Shown piece after piece: positions 1 to 12,431 of a DNA stretch of 64,000 nucleotides. How positions within the stretch are numbered: position 1 is the stretch's first letter; the number at the start of each line of letters is the position of its first letter. The translations under genes and the position numbers were made by a program. This stretch comes from Bdellovibrionales bacterium. Its GTDB lineage: Bacteria; Bdellovibrionota; Bdellovibrionia; Bdellovibrionales; UBA1609. The stretch is from positions 800,001-864,000 of the forward strand of contig OZ241456.1 of the NCBI GenBank assembly GCA_965200875.1, given 5' to 3'. A model generated the notes under the pieces. It was not told the DNA's origin and did not search any database. It saw nothing but the letters and a program-made list of their open reading frames with translations.

Positions 1-2218
<2,218 letters not shown>

Positions 2219-2429
2219 TAACATTTTTCTGACTGAACGCTGTCATTCCCACGAAAGCATTGTTTCCGTGAAAGCGGGGGCAGAGCGAGCGGGAATCCAG
2301 TAGTTTTAACGGAGAGATCATTTAGGTTTCTCCGGTCTTTGTTACACAAGGATTTTTTAGCTAAGAATGTTTTGAGTTACAGATAAAATCATCATTCCCG
2401 CTTTGAGCGGGAACTTGTAAAAAGGAGAT

Positions 2430-2545
2430 GCTGGTGTCAATAGCGACGGGGCCACACCTGTTCCCATCCCGAACACAGAAGTTAAGCCCGTCAGCGGCGA
2501 TGGTACTTGAGGGTTGACCCTCTGGGAGAGTAGCACGATACCAGC
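2430..2545 (+). rRNA. rrf: 5S rRNA
   Basis: CCCATCCCGAACACAGAAGTTAAG, CGATGGTACT and GGGAGAGTAG motifs; complementary ends GCTGGT/ACCAGC; downstream of 23S. Confidence 0.96.
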
Positions 2546-2757
2546 TTTTTTTATTGATACTTTAGAATTTTAAAATAATCTAATTAACGGCCCATGAAAA
2601 ACTCTGATTTTAAGTATTCTGCATGCAAAATTTTAAGGCTTGTCCAAGACTTCCATGCGCTTTGCCTCTCTCCACTGTGGTTTTGTTCATTCCACAAGTA
2701 ACGGGGTTTTTTACGAGCAACTGTAACAGAATAAATCATTGACTTATAAAAATATAT

Positions 2758-4002
2758 GTGGACATCATAAAAAATACCATGTTTACAATAGATCTTACTT
2801 CTAAAACTTACTTTCCAAAATCCAAAAACAACCACCCGGATCAATTAAGTTTTTGTGGTTCAGATTTTTCGCCGGTTATTGTAACAGAAGGCATCAAATA
2901 CAGTGGATCGAAGCTAAAGCTTTTACCTCACATTCTTTCTTTAATTAAAAGCTTGCCCGTGAAACAGGTGTTTGACGGGTTTGCAGGAACAACAAGAGTA
3001 AGTCAAGCTTTAGCAAAAAGTGGGTATCAGGTTATATCAAACGATATGGCTATTTGGTCAAAAGTTTTTGCAGAATGTTACTTAAAAGGAAGTGTTACAG
3101 ATGAATTGCAGGAAAAAATAAACTATCTGAACAGTTTAAAAGGCCGTGAGGGCTGGTTTACAAAACACTATGGTGGGGAGGTTCAAGGTGGTTTAGCTGT
3201 GCAGTCTGATGGAAAGAAAAGGGTCTGGCAAATTCATAATACAAAAAAATTGGATAACATCCGTCCAGCGATAGACAAAATCGCAGAAAATCAAATTGAA
3301 AAATCCATTTTGCTCACAAGTCTTATTTTGGCTTTGGATAAGGTGGATAACACTTTGGGGCACTATGTTTCTTATTTAAGAAAGTGGTCGCCCCGTTCTT
3401 TTAATAAAATTCAACTTAAAATGCCTTTGATAGAAAAGAGCAAAGGCCCTCATCGGGTTATGAATGAGGATGTTTTTAAAGCACAGGCTAAAGTTAAACC
3501 AGATCTTTCTTATTTTGATCCCCCTTATGGTTCTAATAACGAAAAGATGCCTCCTTCCCGTGTTCGCTATGCTGGTTATTATCATATTTGGAAAACAGTG
3601 ATTTTAAATGATGCTCCAGATCTTTCAGGCAAAACAAATCGCAGGACAGATTGCAAAGACCTTACAACCAGTTCTTTATTTGAGGAATTTCGTAAAGATA
3701 AGGAAGGCCGGTTTATAGCTCTTAAAGCTATTGAGAAGTTGATTAAAGAATGTCCGTCTCATTATATTTTGCTTTCTTACAGTAATGGGGGTCGAGCTAC
3801 AAAAGAAGGTATCTTTGAAGTGATTCAGAATTACTGCTCTAAAGTGCAGATGTTTTCCATTGATTACAAGAGAAATGTTATGTCCAATATGCGTTGGACA
3901 AATAATTGGATCAAAGAAAAAGAGGGGCAACATACAGAGTTTTTATTTTTAATGAAAAAAAAGGCAGAACATAGAAATGAAAAATCAGAAACATTATATT
4001 GA
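2758..4002 (+). CDS. DNA adenine methyltransferase (D12/FokI-like class), orphan
   Basis: IKYSGSKLKLL, VFDGFAG (SAM binding) and YFDPPY catalytic motif. Start codon uncertain. Confidence 0.88.
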   Translation: MDIIKNTMFTIDLTSKTYFPKSKNNHPDQLSFCGSDFSPVIVTEGIKYSGSKLKLLPHILSLIKSLPVKQVFDGFAGTTRVSQALAKSGYQVISNDMAIWSKVFAECYLKGSVTDELQEKINYLNSLKGREGWFTKHYGGEVQGGLAVQSDGKKRVWQIHNTKKLDNIRPAIDKIAENQIEKSILLTSLILALDKVDNTLGHYVSYLRKWSPRSFNKIQLKMPLIEKSKGPHRVMNEDVFKAQAKVKPDLSYFDPPYGSNNEKMPPSRVRYAGYYHIWKTVILNDAPDLSGKTNRRTDCKDLTTSSLFEEFRKDKEGRFIALKAIEKLIKECPSHYILLSYSNGGRATKEGIFEVIQNYCSKVQMFSIDYKRNVMSNMRWTNNWIKEKEGQHTEFLFLMKKKAEHRNEKSETLY

Positions 4003-4007
4003 TTTTT

Positions 4008-4544
4008 TTACTGGCTATTGTTGTCCTCACAGTTAAATTTCTCTTCCCATTTCATTCTTAAAAATTCCGTGGGGAGAAGACGAAAAAGTTTACTTGCCTC
4101 GGAGTGGTTGTTCACAAAATATTGATTCTCTCCGATTTGCACCATAATATTTTGTATCGTTTTATTTTCAGTTTTTGTTTTTAAGATGTTTTTCTGTATC
4201 ATTTCTTGAATCTGAGTCTCTGTTTCTTCATTAAATCTATCTATTATATGAGCATTACATGGTTCTCTTTTCAAACTTAAATCTAGCTTGTATCCTTTAA
4301 TGGCTATCCCTTGGTTACTGTAGGTGACAGTAAAGGATTTTAAGGGTGTGTTCACTGTAAAAATTTGACTGTTTGACGCAGGTAATGTGTTTTCTGTATT
4401 TTCTCTTTCTGCGTAATCCGCGACTTTTCGTTTTATATGTCGAAATTTTTGATCAGGTGATTTTTTAGTAGTTTTTTTGGAAACAGCTGGAACTCCTGCT
4501 CCCATAAGCACTACAAGCACAAACACATAAACACATAGTTTCAT
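4008..4544 (-). CDS. secreted hypothetical protein
   Basis: 178 aa ORF with N-terminal signal peptide and AGGAGG RBS upstream. Confidence 0.7.
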   Translation of the reverse strand: MKLCVYVFVLVVLMGAGVPAVSKKTTKKSPDQKFRHIKRKVADYAERENTENTLPASNSQIFTVNTPLKSFTVTYSNQGIAIKGYKLDLSLKREPCNAHIIDRFNEETETQIQEMIQKNILKTKTENKTIQNIMVQIGENQYFVNNHSEASKLFRLLPTEFLRMKWEEKFNCEDNNSQ

Positions 4545-4720
4545 AATATCCTCCTTAGTTTAGACAGCTGGAACTCCTGCTTCCACAAGCACATAGTTTC
4601 ATAATATCCGCCTTATTTAGCTATATTACACTCTTTAGCTTTTTTTAACAAATATATTTCTCTGAAAAAAGCTATCTGATCACTTTTTTCTCCTACAAGG
4701 TGAGTGGTTTATCCATTAAA

Positions 4721-6290
4721 CTACTGAACACTGGGCATTGGAGTATTAAGGTCATTTTTTATTGCACCACCATATCCACTCGCACCACCATCGGATCTAT
4801 TCGTATTGTTTTTTTTGATTTCCACGCAAGGCTCAAAATTAATCTTGTCTTTGTTCATTTCAATCACCTGTTTACAGGCAGGAGAGAGCTTTTTCCCTTT
4901 ATGGATAGCCTCCATTAAGACCCTCAGAAAGGTAGGTGGATGTTTTTTTGAGTTATCAAAAACAGTTAGATCTTTATATTGTATTGGTTCATTATTACGA
5001 ACCCTTTTAGTTTCTAACAATGCACAATATGTTATATTTCCCGGTGAAGTGAAATAGGAAATTAAATCAGCCATTCCCTCTTCTGTTTGTCGTTTATCAC
5101 CTGGATACCTACTTGATGTTGTCTCATCATCTGTATAACGATTTTGAACACATCGTCTTAACTCTATATCATATTTCATCTGACTTTCCCCACTCAGTCT
5201 AAAAGATGCCATCAGAAAACTAAGAACATGTGCTAATTCATGTGAAAAAATACTTTCTCCATACTCCTCATGAAACTGACAGCTGAAAAAAGATATGCTC
5301 ACCGTTGGCTGTTGTTTGTTCTCCGATGTAAAGTATGATACTTTATCAGATATTTGAAACATACGAAAAAAATGGCAGACATTAATAAAAGGTAGCTCGT
5401 AACTTTCGACAACCTCCTTCCCTTCCAATTTTTTTTGGATGAATGTTTTAGGCTCTTCAGGAAAATCAAATTCTATTTGCTCTACATAGTCATTGAATCG
5501 AGATCTGGATAGTTGGCTGTATTCCGAAAAAACATTGTTCATAAATTGCTCTATGTATTGATTTTTGTTTTCTTTAAAATCCTTTACTTTATCATAAAGT
5601 AAACTATCCGTAACAAACTGAGCTTTACACCTGTTTAAGCTTCGGCGTATCTGCATGGTGGAATTATTTAAAGCGTTTTCCCATTTATCCTTAATAGAGT
5701 TTAGGTCATCTAGTGTTTGTGGATCCGGGGGGGGGGGGGGGACCGTTTTGCTCCAAATTATTCAATCGAGCGATTTTCTGCTTAGTGTTTTCAAGCAATA
5801 ACTCTCCATTTTTCTTGCGCTCTTCCATAGTTTTTACAATAGAAGGCTGGATGTCAGTTTGAAACTCCTCATACAGTGTATTCAATTTCTGTTCATCCAC
5901 ATTATCAAAATCAATATTAGTAATAGACGACTTTCTTCTTGAAATATGATCTTCAGGAAGGCCACACAGATCAATAGCGCATTGTTCAAGTGTACCTTCC
6001 ATATCTTCCATACCTTCTGTGCACTTGGCTTGGCATATTTCTTCAGTAGGACTATAGTTTGGGAATGAAGGATCATTTGCCTGTTCCACAGCTCGAACAA
6101 TGCCAAGAATATCATTCTCTGATAAAGTTACAGGCACTCCGGAAACTTCAGGTGCTATGTATAAAGAGATTGTCCATAAAATCACGCTGATTAAACAAAA
6201 TCTTTTGTTCATACAGATGAAAATCCAAGTTGTTAGCTGTTTAGTCCTGCAAAAGCAGGGGTCTTGCTGGGTTTTAGGGAAATGTATCAT
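4721..6290 (-). pseudogene. secreted HExxH (zincin-like) protein split by a frameshift at a C15 tract
   Basis: ORF 5706-6290 has a signal-peptide-like segment. ORF 4721-5656 has SHELAH and a downstream EEGMAD. The second frame stays open back to the G15 run at 5727-5741. Confidence 0.7.
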
Positions 6291-6805
6291 CCTTTTTCCT
6301 TAAGCAAACATACTTTATCACTTTGCACTATGGCTTGTGCAAAAGTTCTGGTAAACAGGTTACTTGCCTGTTAAGGAGAAAGGTCTCCCTTGGAAACTAA
6401 AGGGTCAAGTTACCTACTTTTCAGTTCCGTACAGGCGAGAATCTAGTCAACATAACATATTTTTCATAAGAGGGTAACCAGACTCATGAAAGGTTAGTCA
6501 TCCATATTTTCTATTATCAAAAAAACATCCTAGCCAAAATTATTGAAATCCAGGATCAAAAAATAACTTTTTAGATCATTTTAACTGGTTGATAGTCGGG
6601 GGCTTTAAAAGTTTTTTATCTCAATAATAGAATAAAAGCTGGTTTATTTTCATTTTTAAATAAACTTCTTATTTTTTTCAGAAAAATCATTTATATTATT
6701 TTTAATAAAGAAAATACGGTCAGCATGTATGTTTTATAGAGTATTCCCTGTTTTTAAGAAATTTTTAAAAAATTAATTACACACACACAATAACAATAAG
6801 TTAAA

Positions 6806-7806
6806 ATGCAGAGCAGAAAGGTAAATGGTGATATGTTTCAAAATGTTTTTTTTAAAAATAGTTTTTCAAAGAACAATAAATTTGTTTACCCCCCCCCCCC
6901 CCCCTTCTTTGGTCTTATCAGAGTTTAATTTTTATCTTTAACACTTTCTTTCTCAAATTCCACTTCAGCTTTTTTTGCTTTGTTTTTAGTATTGTTAGTT
7001 TAATCTTTTTCCAAAAATCTTATGCCAATCCTGTTTCTGGTTTAGCCACGCCGGCTATTGATAAAAGCACAGAAGAACAACAAGAAAAAACTGCTAAGGG
7101 CTTGATAATTGCTTTTAAGGTGTGGCCTTTGAGTGAGACAGATAAAAGTGCACTTTTAAAGAAAACCAAAGCTCTGGGTCTTGAAGAAAAATTTTTCTAC
7201 TCACGATTTAAAACTTATGTATTTGAGTGGGAGGGGTGGCGTGAAAAAAAACAAGCTTTAAGAGCCTGCGAAACTTTTTTGAATTTTCCAGGGCTGGATT
7301 ACTGCGAACCAAATTTTTTACAAAAGCCTCCTAATAAAAATGATTTTTTGACAGATACAACAGAACCTAAGTCAGATATAAAGCTTAATCCTCAGGAGAC
7401 TTTTTCTGATACAGAGTCAGGAAATATTCGCTCCTGTAAAATTATTTCATCTGAATTAAATTTGATTAAAGGTAGATTATCAGATTATTGGGCACAGGAA
7501 ATGATTGGCTCTGATTTAATGAGAGAGAAACTTAAACTTTTGCCCCCTGTAAAAAAACACCTTGTTGCGGTATTTGATACCCCTACCTCAAAACGACATG
7601 ATATAGGTTCTACAAATATTATTTCACATGAGGGAAAACAGGCCGTCTTGCCCCCCATAGGTAACAGTATTACCAATTTTGATGTAACTCTCTCAGAGCA
7701 CAGCTTAGGGCATAGTGACTATCTGTTGGAAACCGCTGAAAACAGATGTAAACACCTAAAGTCCAAAAAACCGGCAAGCCCTCCTAGTCAAAGAGCAGTA
7801 AGATGA
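6806..7806 (+). pseudogene. S8 subtilase N-terminal half (prodomain, catalytic Asp region), frameshifted from its probable start at a C16 tract
   Basis: DYWAQEMIG..VAVFD motif. The 7102 frame is open back to the C16 run (6889-6904) through a hydrophobic signal-like stretch. ATGs at 6806/6833 lie in a different frame. Confidence 0.6.
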
Positions 7807-9230
7807 TTAAAGCTTTAAAGTTAAATTTACGAGTTTTATTAATAATGTTATTTATGGTGGCAAGCACTTTACCAGAAAGAGCTGAATCAGGATTTCTTTT
7901 CAAACGGAAGAAACGCCCACCAAGAGTTAACACAAAACCAATTAAAAGAGTTAATACAAAAAATCCCCCTATGAAATCACCTCCCATAAAAACCCCCTCT
8001 AAGTCATCTATAGTGGCTGACTCAAGTCCTTATAAGCAGTGCCGGGCTACTGTTCTACCCTCCTTTATTAATCATTCTCAGTATACAAATAAGACCAGAA
8101 ATCGTTCTTTAAAAGCACTTTCACCGCCTTCCATTGTTGTTAGTTCTGCCGGAAATTTTGCCCCTAAACCTATCTCTGATACAGCTATAGAAATTAGTAA
8201 GGATGTTAACGCAATTTTAGTAGGTTCTTTGTCCACAGGAGGGACACCAAGTTCATTTTCCCAGAAGGGAGAAGAGGTGCATATTATGGCCCCTTCTGGT
8301 CACTTTCTCACTTCAGCCACTAGCACAGGTCATTATCGAAAATATGGTGGTACTAGTGGAGCTGCGCCTTTGGTAACAGGAAGTTTGGCTGGATTTGAGT
8401 GGATAGCAGGTTATCACCCCACAGCGGCGGAGGCTAAAATTTTATTGTTAAAAACAGCTATTCACATGAAGGGTATTACAAAAGGACATGGTGTTGGTAT
8501 GGTCAATGCCTATAAATTAGCTATGGTGGCAGAAAAATTAAAAAAAGCTTGTGGAAAAAATATATCCTGTTTTAAAGATAAAATAAAACAAGACGATACT
8601 TATAGGTTTCCAGAAGACGAAGCTGTGAGTGAAGCCTTGGATAAAGCTTTTCCTTCTTGTTCTTCCACCTGCACAGAAGAGGATTTAAAATCTACTCCTT
8701 CCTGTGCGGAAAAAGCTAATGCCCTTAAGGAATTTAGAAAACAAGTTTTTTTAAACCCTCAGAATAAAAACCTTTGGAAAAAACTAGCCTGTGTTTATGC
8801 CGAAGGGGGTTTTGAAGAAAATAGTCGATTTTCACAGAGTGTCTATACAGATACAGTAGATCGTGGTAGTGATGGTAAAGATTGCAAGAAAGATGCAGAC
8901 TGTTTTTTAGTACCAGCTTGTTTTGGAAATGCTAATGGTTTAATTGCTAAGCCACGCTCTTTTAAGGATAGTCATTATATTCTCTGTATGGAACTGAACG
9001 GCAAAATACCTCTTTGTAATGGCAAATGTCGATGTGATTCCAAAGAAAAAGTATCATCTTCTTCTGCCGAAGCTGGACATGTCGCCACTGCGTCTTGTGT
9101 AGATTCTAGGTGTATTATAACGAAAGAGTATGGTCCCCCTCCTCCTTTACCACCAGGAAGTGGTGAAATACCCCCCCCAGAAAGTGGTGGTCTTCCCGGT
9201 AGTAGTGAAAAATCTGGTGCTGTTAAATAG
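7803..9230 (+). CDS. S8 subtilase C-terminal half with Cys-rich tail
   Basis: SAGN oxyanion motif, ILVGS, GGTSGAAPLVTG catalytic Ser motif. Confidence 0.8.
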   Translation: MIKALKLNLRVLLIMLFMVASTLPERAESGFLFKRKKRPPRVNTKPIKRVNTKNPPMKSPPIKTPSKSSIVADSSPYKQCRATVLPSFINHSQYTNKTRNRSLKALSPPSIVVSSAGNFAPKPISDTAIEISKDVNAILVGSLSTGGTPSSFSQKGEEVHIMAPSGHFLTSATSTGHYRKYGGTSGAAPLVTGSLAGFEWIAGYHPTAAEAKILLLKTAIHMKGITKGHGVGMVNAYKLAMVAEKLKKACGKNISCFKDKIKQDDTYRFPEDEAVSEALDKAFPSCSSTCTEEDLKSTPSCAEKANALKEFRKQVFLNPQNKNLWKKLACVYAEGGFEENSRFSQSVYTDTVDRGSDGKDCKKDADCFLVPACFGNANGLIAKPRSFKDSHYILCMELNGKIPLCNGKCRCDSKEKVSSSSAEAGHVATASCVDSRCIITKEYGPPPPLPPGSGEIPPPESGGLPGSSEKSGAVK

Positions 9231-9491
9231 TGGCCCGTGAAAAAGTATGTTATTTTCTTGGATTCCCGTTTTCACGGGAATGACATTTGTATAAAAAGGT
9301 TTTTTCACGGGGTGTTATAATAATCAGGTGTGAAACAGTCCGCTCAGTGAAGTAAATCACTTGGCACATCTCTTTAAAAGTTCAGAGATTCCAGCTCATC
9401 AAGGGACTGAAAATTCTTAGAGAGCTTTCAGTTTTAAGAAAAAGCATTTATTCAGGAAAAACTATCATTAAGACACATAAGTTATTCAGGA

Positions 9492-9779
9492 TTACTTTTC
9501 TTTGGCATTCTTGGTTTTTGAAGTTTTTCCATTTTTATTTGTTTTAACCTTGAGTGTTGGCATGTGATGAGGTTTGAGAAGTGGAAGAACCACTGGGGAT
9601 AAACGCATTCGTTGGCTCATGTTGGTAATAAATTCTCTTAAATAAGGGTATATATTAAAATAAGCATTTTCAGTTCCAAAATACTTAACAGCTTTTTTAT
9701 TTAACTTTATATCATTAACCTCGGTGTTTTGAGTTGTTTTGATGAAAAACACTGTCGGAAACTTTATTTCTGCTTCCAA
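9492..9779 (-). pseudogene. SecB-like chaperone, C-terminal part
   Basis: NAYFNIYPYLREFITNMSQRMRLSPVVLPLL matches the SecB-family C-terminal pattern (NA..lfPYlRe.is.lt.r.g.ppl.LP). N-terminus missing. Confidence 0.65.
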
Positions 9780-10071
9780 TTATGCGGGTGTGGAAGTCTA
9801 CTTCCATATTCAAGTGAAAGCAAACGCGTGCAAAAGTTCTTAAAGTCAGATTGTGACCATCTGACAGCAATTCTGTTACATGAGCTTTTGACTGGTTTAA
9901 AGATCTGGCCAGATTTGTTCTGGTGGTGTTGCTGTTCTGCATGAGTTCAGCAATTTTTTCCTGGGCTTTCAGTATAGCCAGCTCTTCATAGAAAACAGGG
10001 CTGTTTCTAAATGTTTCAGTGCTTTTAGGATAGGATGATTGTTTATTTTTGGTATTTTGATTTTTTTTCAT
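9715..10071 (-). CDS. XRE-family HTH antitoxin (HigA-like)
   Basis: TRTNLARSLNQSKAHVTELLSDGHNLTLRTFARVCFHL helix-turn-helix; GGAG RBS upstream. Confidence 0.75.
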   Translation of the reverse strand: MKKNQNTKNKQSSYPKSTETFRNSPVFYEELAILKAQEKIAELMQNSNTTRTNLARSLNQSKAHVTELLSDGHNLTLRTFARVCFHLNMEVDFHTRIIGSRNKVSDSVFHQNNSKHRG

Positions 10072-10223
10072 TTTATTCTCCTTCGGTTACTTTTGTATTT
10101 TTTATATATATTTAAATAGCTTGTAAAAAACCTGCGACTTGTTGTCAGTCCTTGTCGGCAGGAATCCTCTATGAAAAAAGTCATTAAGAGCTTTCATTTT
10201 TTTGAAATCAGGAAGTAACAATA

Positions 10224-10364
10224 TTACTTCAATATATTATCACTCTCATATTCTCTCACGGTTTTGCAAAGTTTCGTTGTTTTTTCAATTTCGTTTTTAG
10301 GCCATTTATTTTGTTTCTTCTTGAATCCATCCAATAAGCAGATACATTCTTTACTCAGAAGTAA
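10224..10364 (-). pseudogene. RelE/HigB (Gp49-like) toxin C-terminal remnant
   Basis: Hand translation of the minus strand gives ICLLDGFKKKQNKWPKNEIEKTTKLCKTVREYE*, resembling ilLhgF.KKtqKtP..EIe.A. An in-frame stop lies upstream. Confidence 0.6.
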
Positions 10365-10498
10365 TCAAGGTAAAAAACATCAAGTGTCAAGTGTTTACTT
10401 GCTAAAAAAAATATCTAATTTGTTATATTTATAGCGTTTTATATAGAAAAAACTTGACTTTTAAGCGATTATTGGATTTTATAGCCCGTGGAGGATGA

Positions 10499-12343
10499 GT
10501 GTCTGACAAATTATCATACAAATTATTGAAGATACGGCAAAATTTATCACTTTCTCAGGAGGAACTGGCAGAAGAGTTGGGCGTTTCTTTTGCTACAGTA
10601 AATCGGTGGGAAAACGGTCATTCCACTCCAAGAAGGGTTATAATGGAGACTATCCATAATCTATATAAAAGAGCACAGGAGGTGGAAACACAGATGCTTG
10701 AATCTGAAGATCAAAAACCAAAAAAAGATGTTGTGCGGAGAAAAAGCCGAGGAGGTGGCCCGGGAACAGGTATTCTGGATAGTAGTTCTATGGAACAAAT
10801 GCTTTGGAAAGTTGCCTGCGGAATTAGGGGTGAAAAAGACGCTCCAAAGTTTAAAAATTATCTTCTTCCCCTGTTATTTATCAAGCGACTTTCTGATGTA
10901 TTTGATGACGAGATTAATCGGCTTACGCAAAAGTTTGGCAGTCGCGAAAAAGCTTTAAAAATGCTGGAGCTGGATCCTTCTCTGGTTCGTTTTTACCTTT
11001 CGCCGGAGGCCAGATGGTCTGTTGTCAGTGGGCAGACTGACTTTAAATGGCCAAGAGAAAATAAACCTCGTTCTTTGGGAGAGCAATTAACTTTAACTAT
11101 GAGGGTTATTGTGAAAGACAACCCGGAGTTAAGGGGTGTTATTGATACTGAAGATTATAACGAAAGCAGAGGAGGGGAGCGGGAGATAAGTGATTCTGCT
11201 TTAAGGAAAGTTATTGAAATTTTCTCCAATCCTAAATATCGTTTAGGGCTTAACGATGTGGAGCCTGATTTTTTAGGTCGAGCCTACGAGTATCTTTTAA
11301 GGAAGTTTGCTGAAGGGCAGGGGCAAAGCTCAGGAGAGTTTTTTACTCCGCGTGAAGTGGGCTTTATTATGGCTAAAATTATGCAACCCTTTGGAGGGGA
11401 AACTGCGTATGACTGCGCCTGCGGTTCTTTTGGCCTGTTGATAAAGCTTCAGCTTGTGTTAAGACAAACCAACCCTTTAAATAAAATCCCTTTGCATTTG
11501 AGTGGTCAGGAGCTTAACGGCTCCAGTTTTGCCATTGCCTGTATGAACAGAATTATCCACGATATAGAAGGAAAAGTGAAGAGAGGCGACTCCATGCAAA
11601 ACCCTAAGTTCAAAGACTCTACTGGCAGATTAAAAAAGTTCGATATTATTGTGGCCAATCCCATGTGGAATCAGCCCTTCAACAATTCTGTTTATGAAAA
11701 CGATCCTTTTAATCGCTTTGAGTCCCAAGGTGGCATTACTTCTGGCAAAGCAGACTGGGCATGGCTTCAACACATACTGGCTTGTCTTAAAGAAAAAACA
11801 GGACGGGCAGGGGTGGTGCTGGATACTGGAGCAGTTACTCGAGGGAGTGGAAGTCAACACGAAGACAAGGAGAAAAAAATCAGAAAATGGTTTGTGGATA
11901 ATGACTTTATTGAAGGTGTGATACTTTTACCAGAAAATCTTTTTTACAATACCTCTTCAGCCGGCATTATTGTTTTTCTGAACAAAAACAAACTGGAAGA
12001 AAGAAAAAATAAAATTATTTTATTAAATGCCAGTCAGGAATTTTACAAAGGAAAACCCAAGAATCATATTTCAGAGGAAGGGATTAAAAAAATAGCCACC
12101 GCCTTTATTAAAGGTGAAGAGGTGGATCGTTTTGTGAAGGTTATCACAAAAGAGTCCGTAAAGAAGAATGATTACAACCTCTCTCCTTCCCGATATATCA
12201 GTCTTTCGGAGGAAGCAGTGTATCGCCCCATCCCTCAAATTTTATCTGACTTAAACATGATCCAAAAATCAGCGGATAAAGTGGATCGGGATTTAGCTAT
12301 GATTTTCCAAAAATTAAAGCCTAAACTTAAGGTGCAAAATTAG
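10499..12343 (+). CDS. hsdM: Type I R-M methyltransferase subunit with N-terminal XRE HTH fusion
   Basis: N-terminal LSQEELAEELGVSFATVNRWENG HTH; LGRAYEYLLRKFAEG, GEFFTPREV, YDCACGSFG, catalytic ANPMW, LFYNT, YNLSPSRY. Confidence 0.92.
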   Translation: MSDKLSYKLLKIRQNLSLSQEELAEELGVSFATVNRWENGHSTPRRVIMETIHNLYKRAQEVETQMLESEDQKPKKDVVRRKSRGGGPGTGILDSSSMEQMLWKVACGIRGEKDAPKFKNYLLPLLFIKRLSDVFDDEINRLTQKFGSREKALKMLELDPSLVRFYLSPEARWSVVSGQTDFKWPRENKPRSLGEQLTLTMRVIVKDNPELRGVIDTEDYNESRGGEREISDSALRKVIEIFSNPKYRLGLNDVEPDFLGRAYEYLLRKFAEGQGQSSGEFFTPREVGFIMAKIMQPFGGETAYDCACGSFGLLIKLQLVLRQTNPLNKIPLHLSGQELNGSSFAIACMNRIIHDIEGKVKRGDSMQNPKFKDSTGRLKKFDIIVANPMWNQPFNNSVYENDPFNRFESQGGITSGKADWAWLQHILACLKEKTGRAGVVLDTGAVTRGSGSQHEDKEKKIRKWFVDNDFIEGVILLPENLFYNTSSAGIIVFLNKNKLEERKNKIILLNASQEFYKGKPKNHISEEGIKKIATAFIKGEEVDRFVKVITKESVKKNDYNLSPSRYISLSEEAVYRPIPQILSDLNMIQKSADKVDRDLAMIFQKLKPKLKVQN

Positions 12344-12431
12344 ATGTTTGAAAAAAATTTTGCTATATTCAGTCCAAAACATAAACCAGCGCGAAAAAAA
12401 ATCAAACCAAGGAGAAGAATGAAAAAAGGAG

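Noticed and set aside
2219..2757. tRNA genes around the 5S rRNA
   Set aside because: No cloverleaf or T-loop GTTCGA motif seen.
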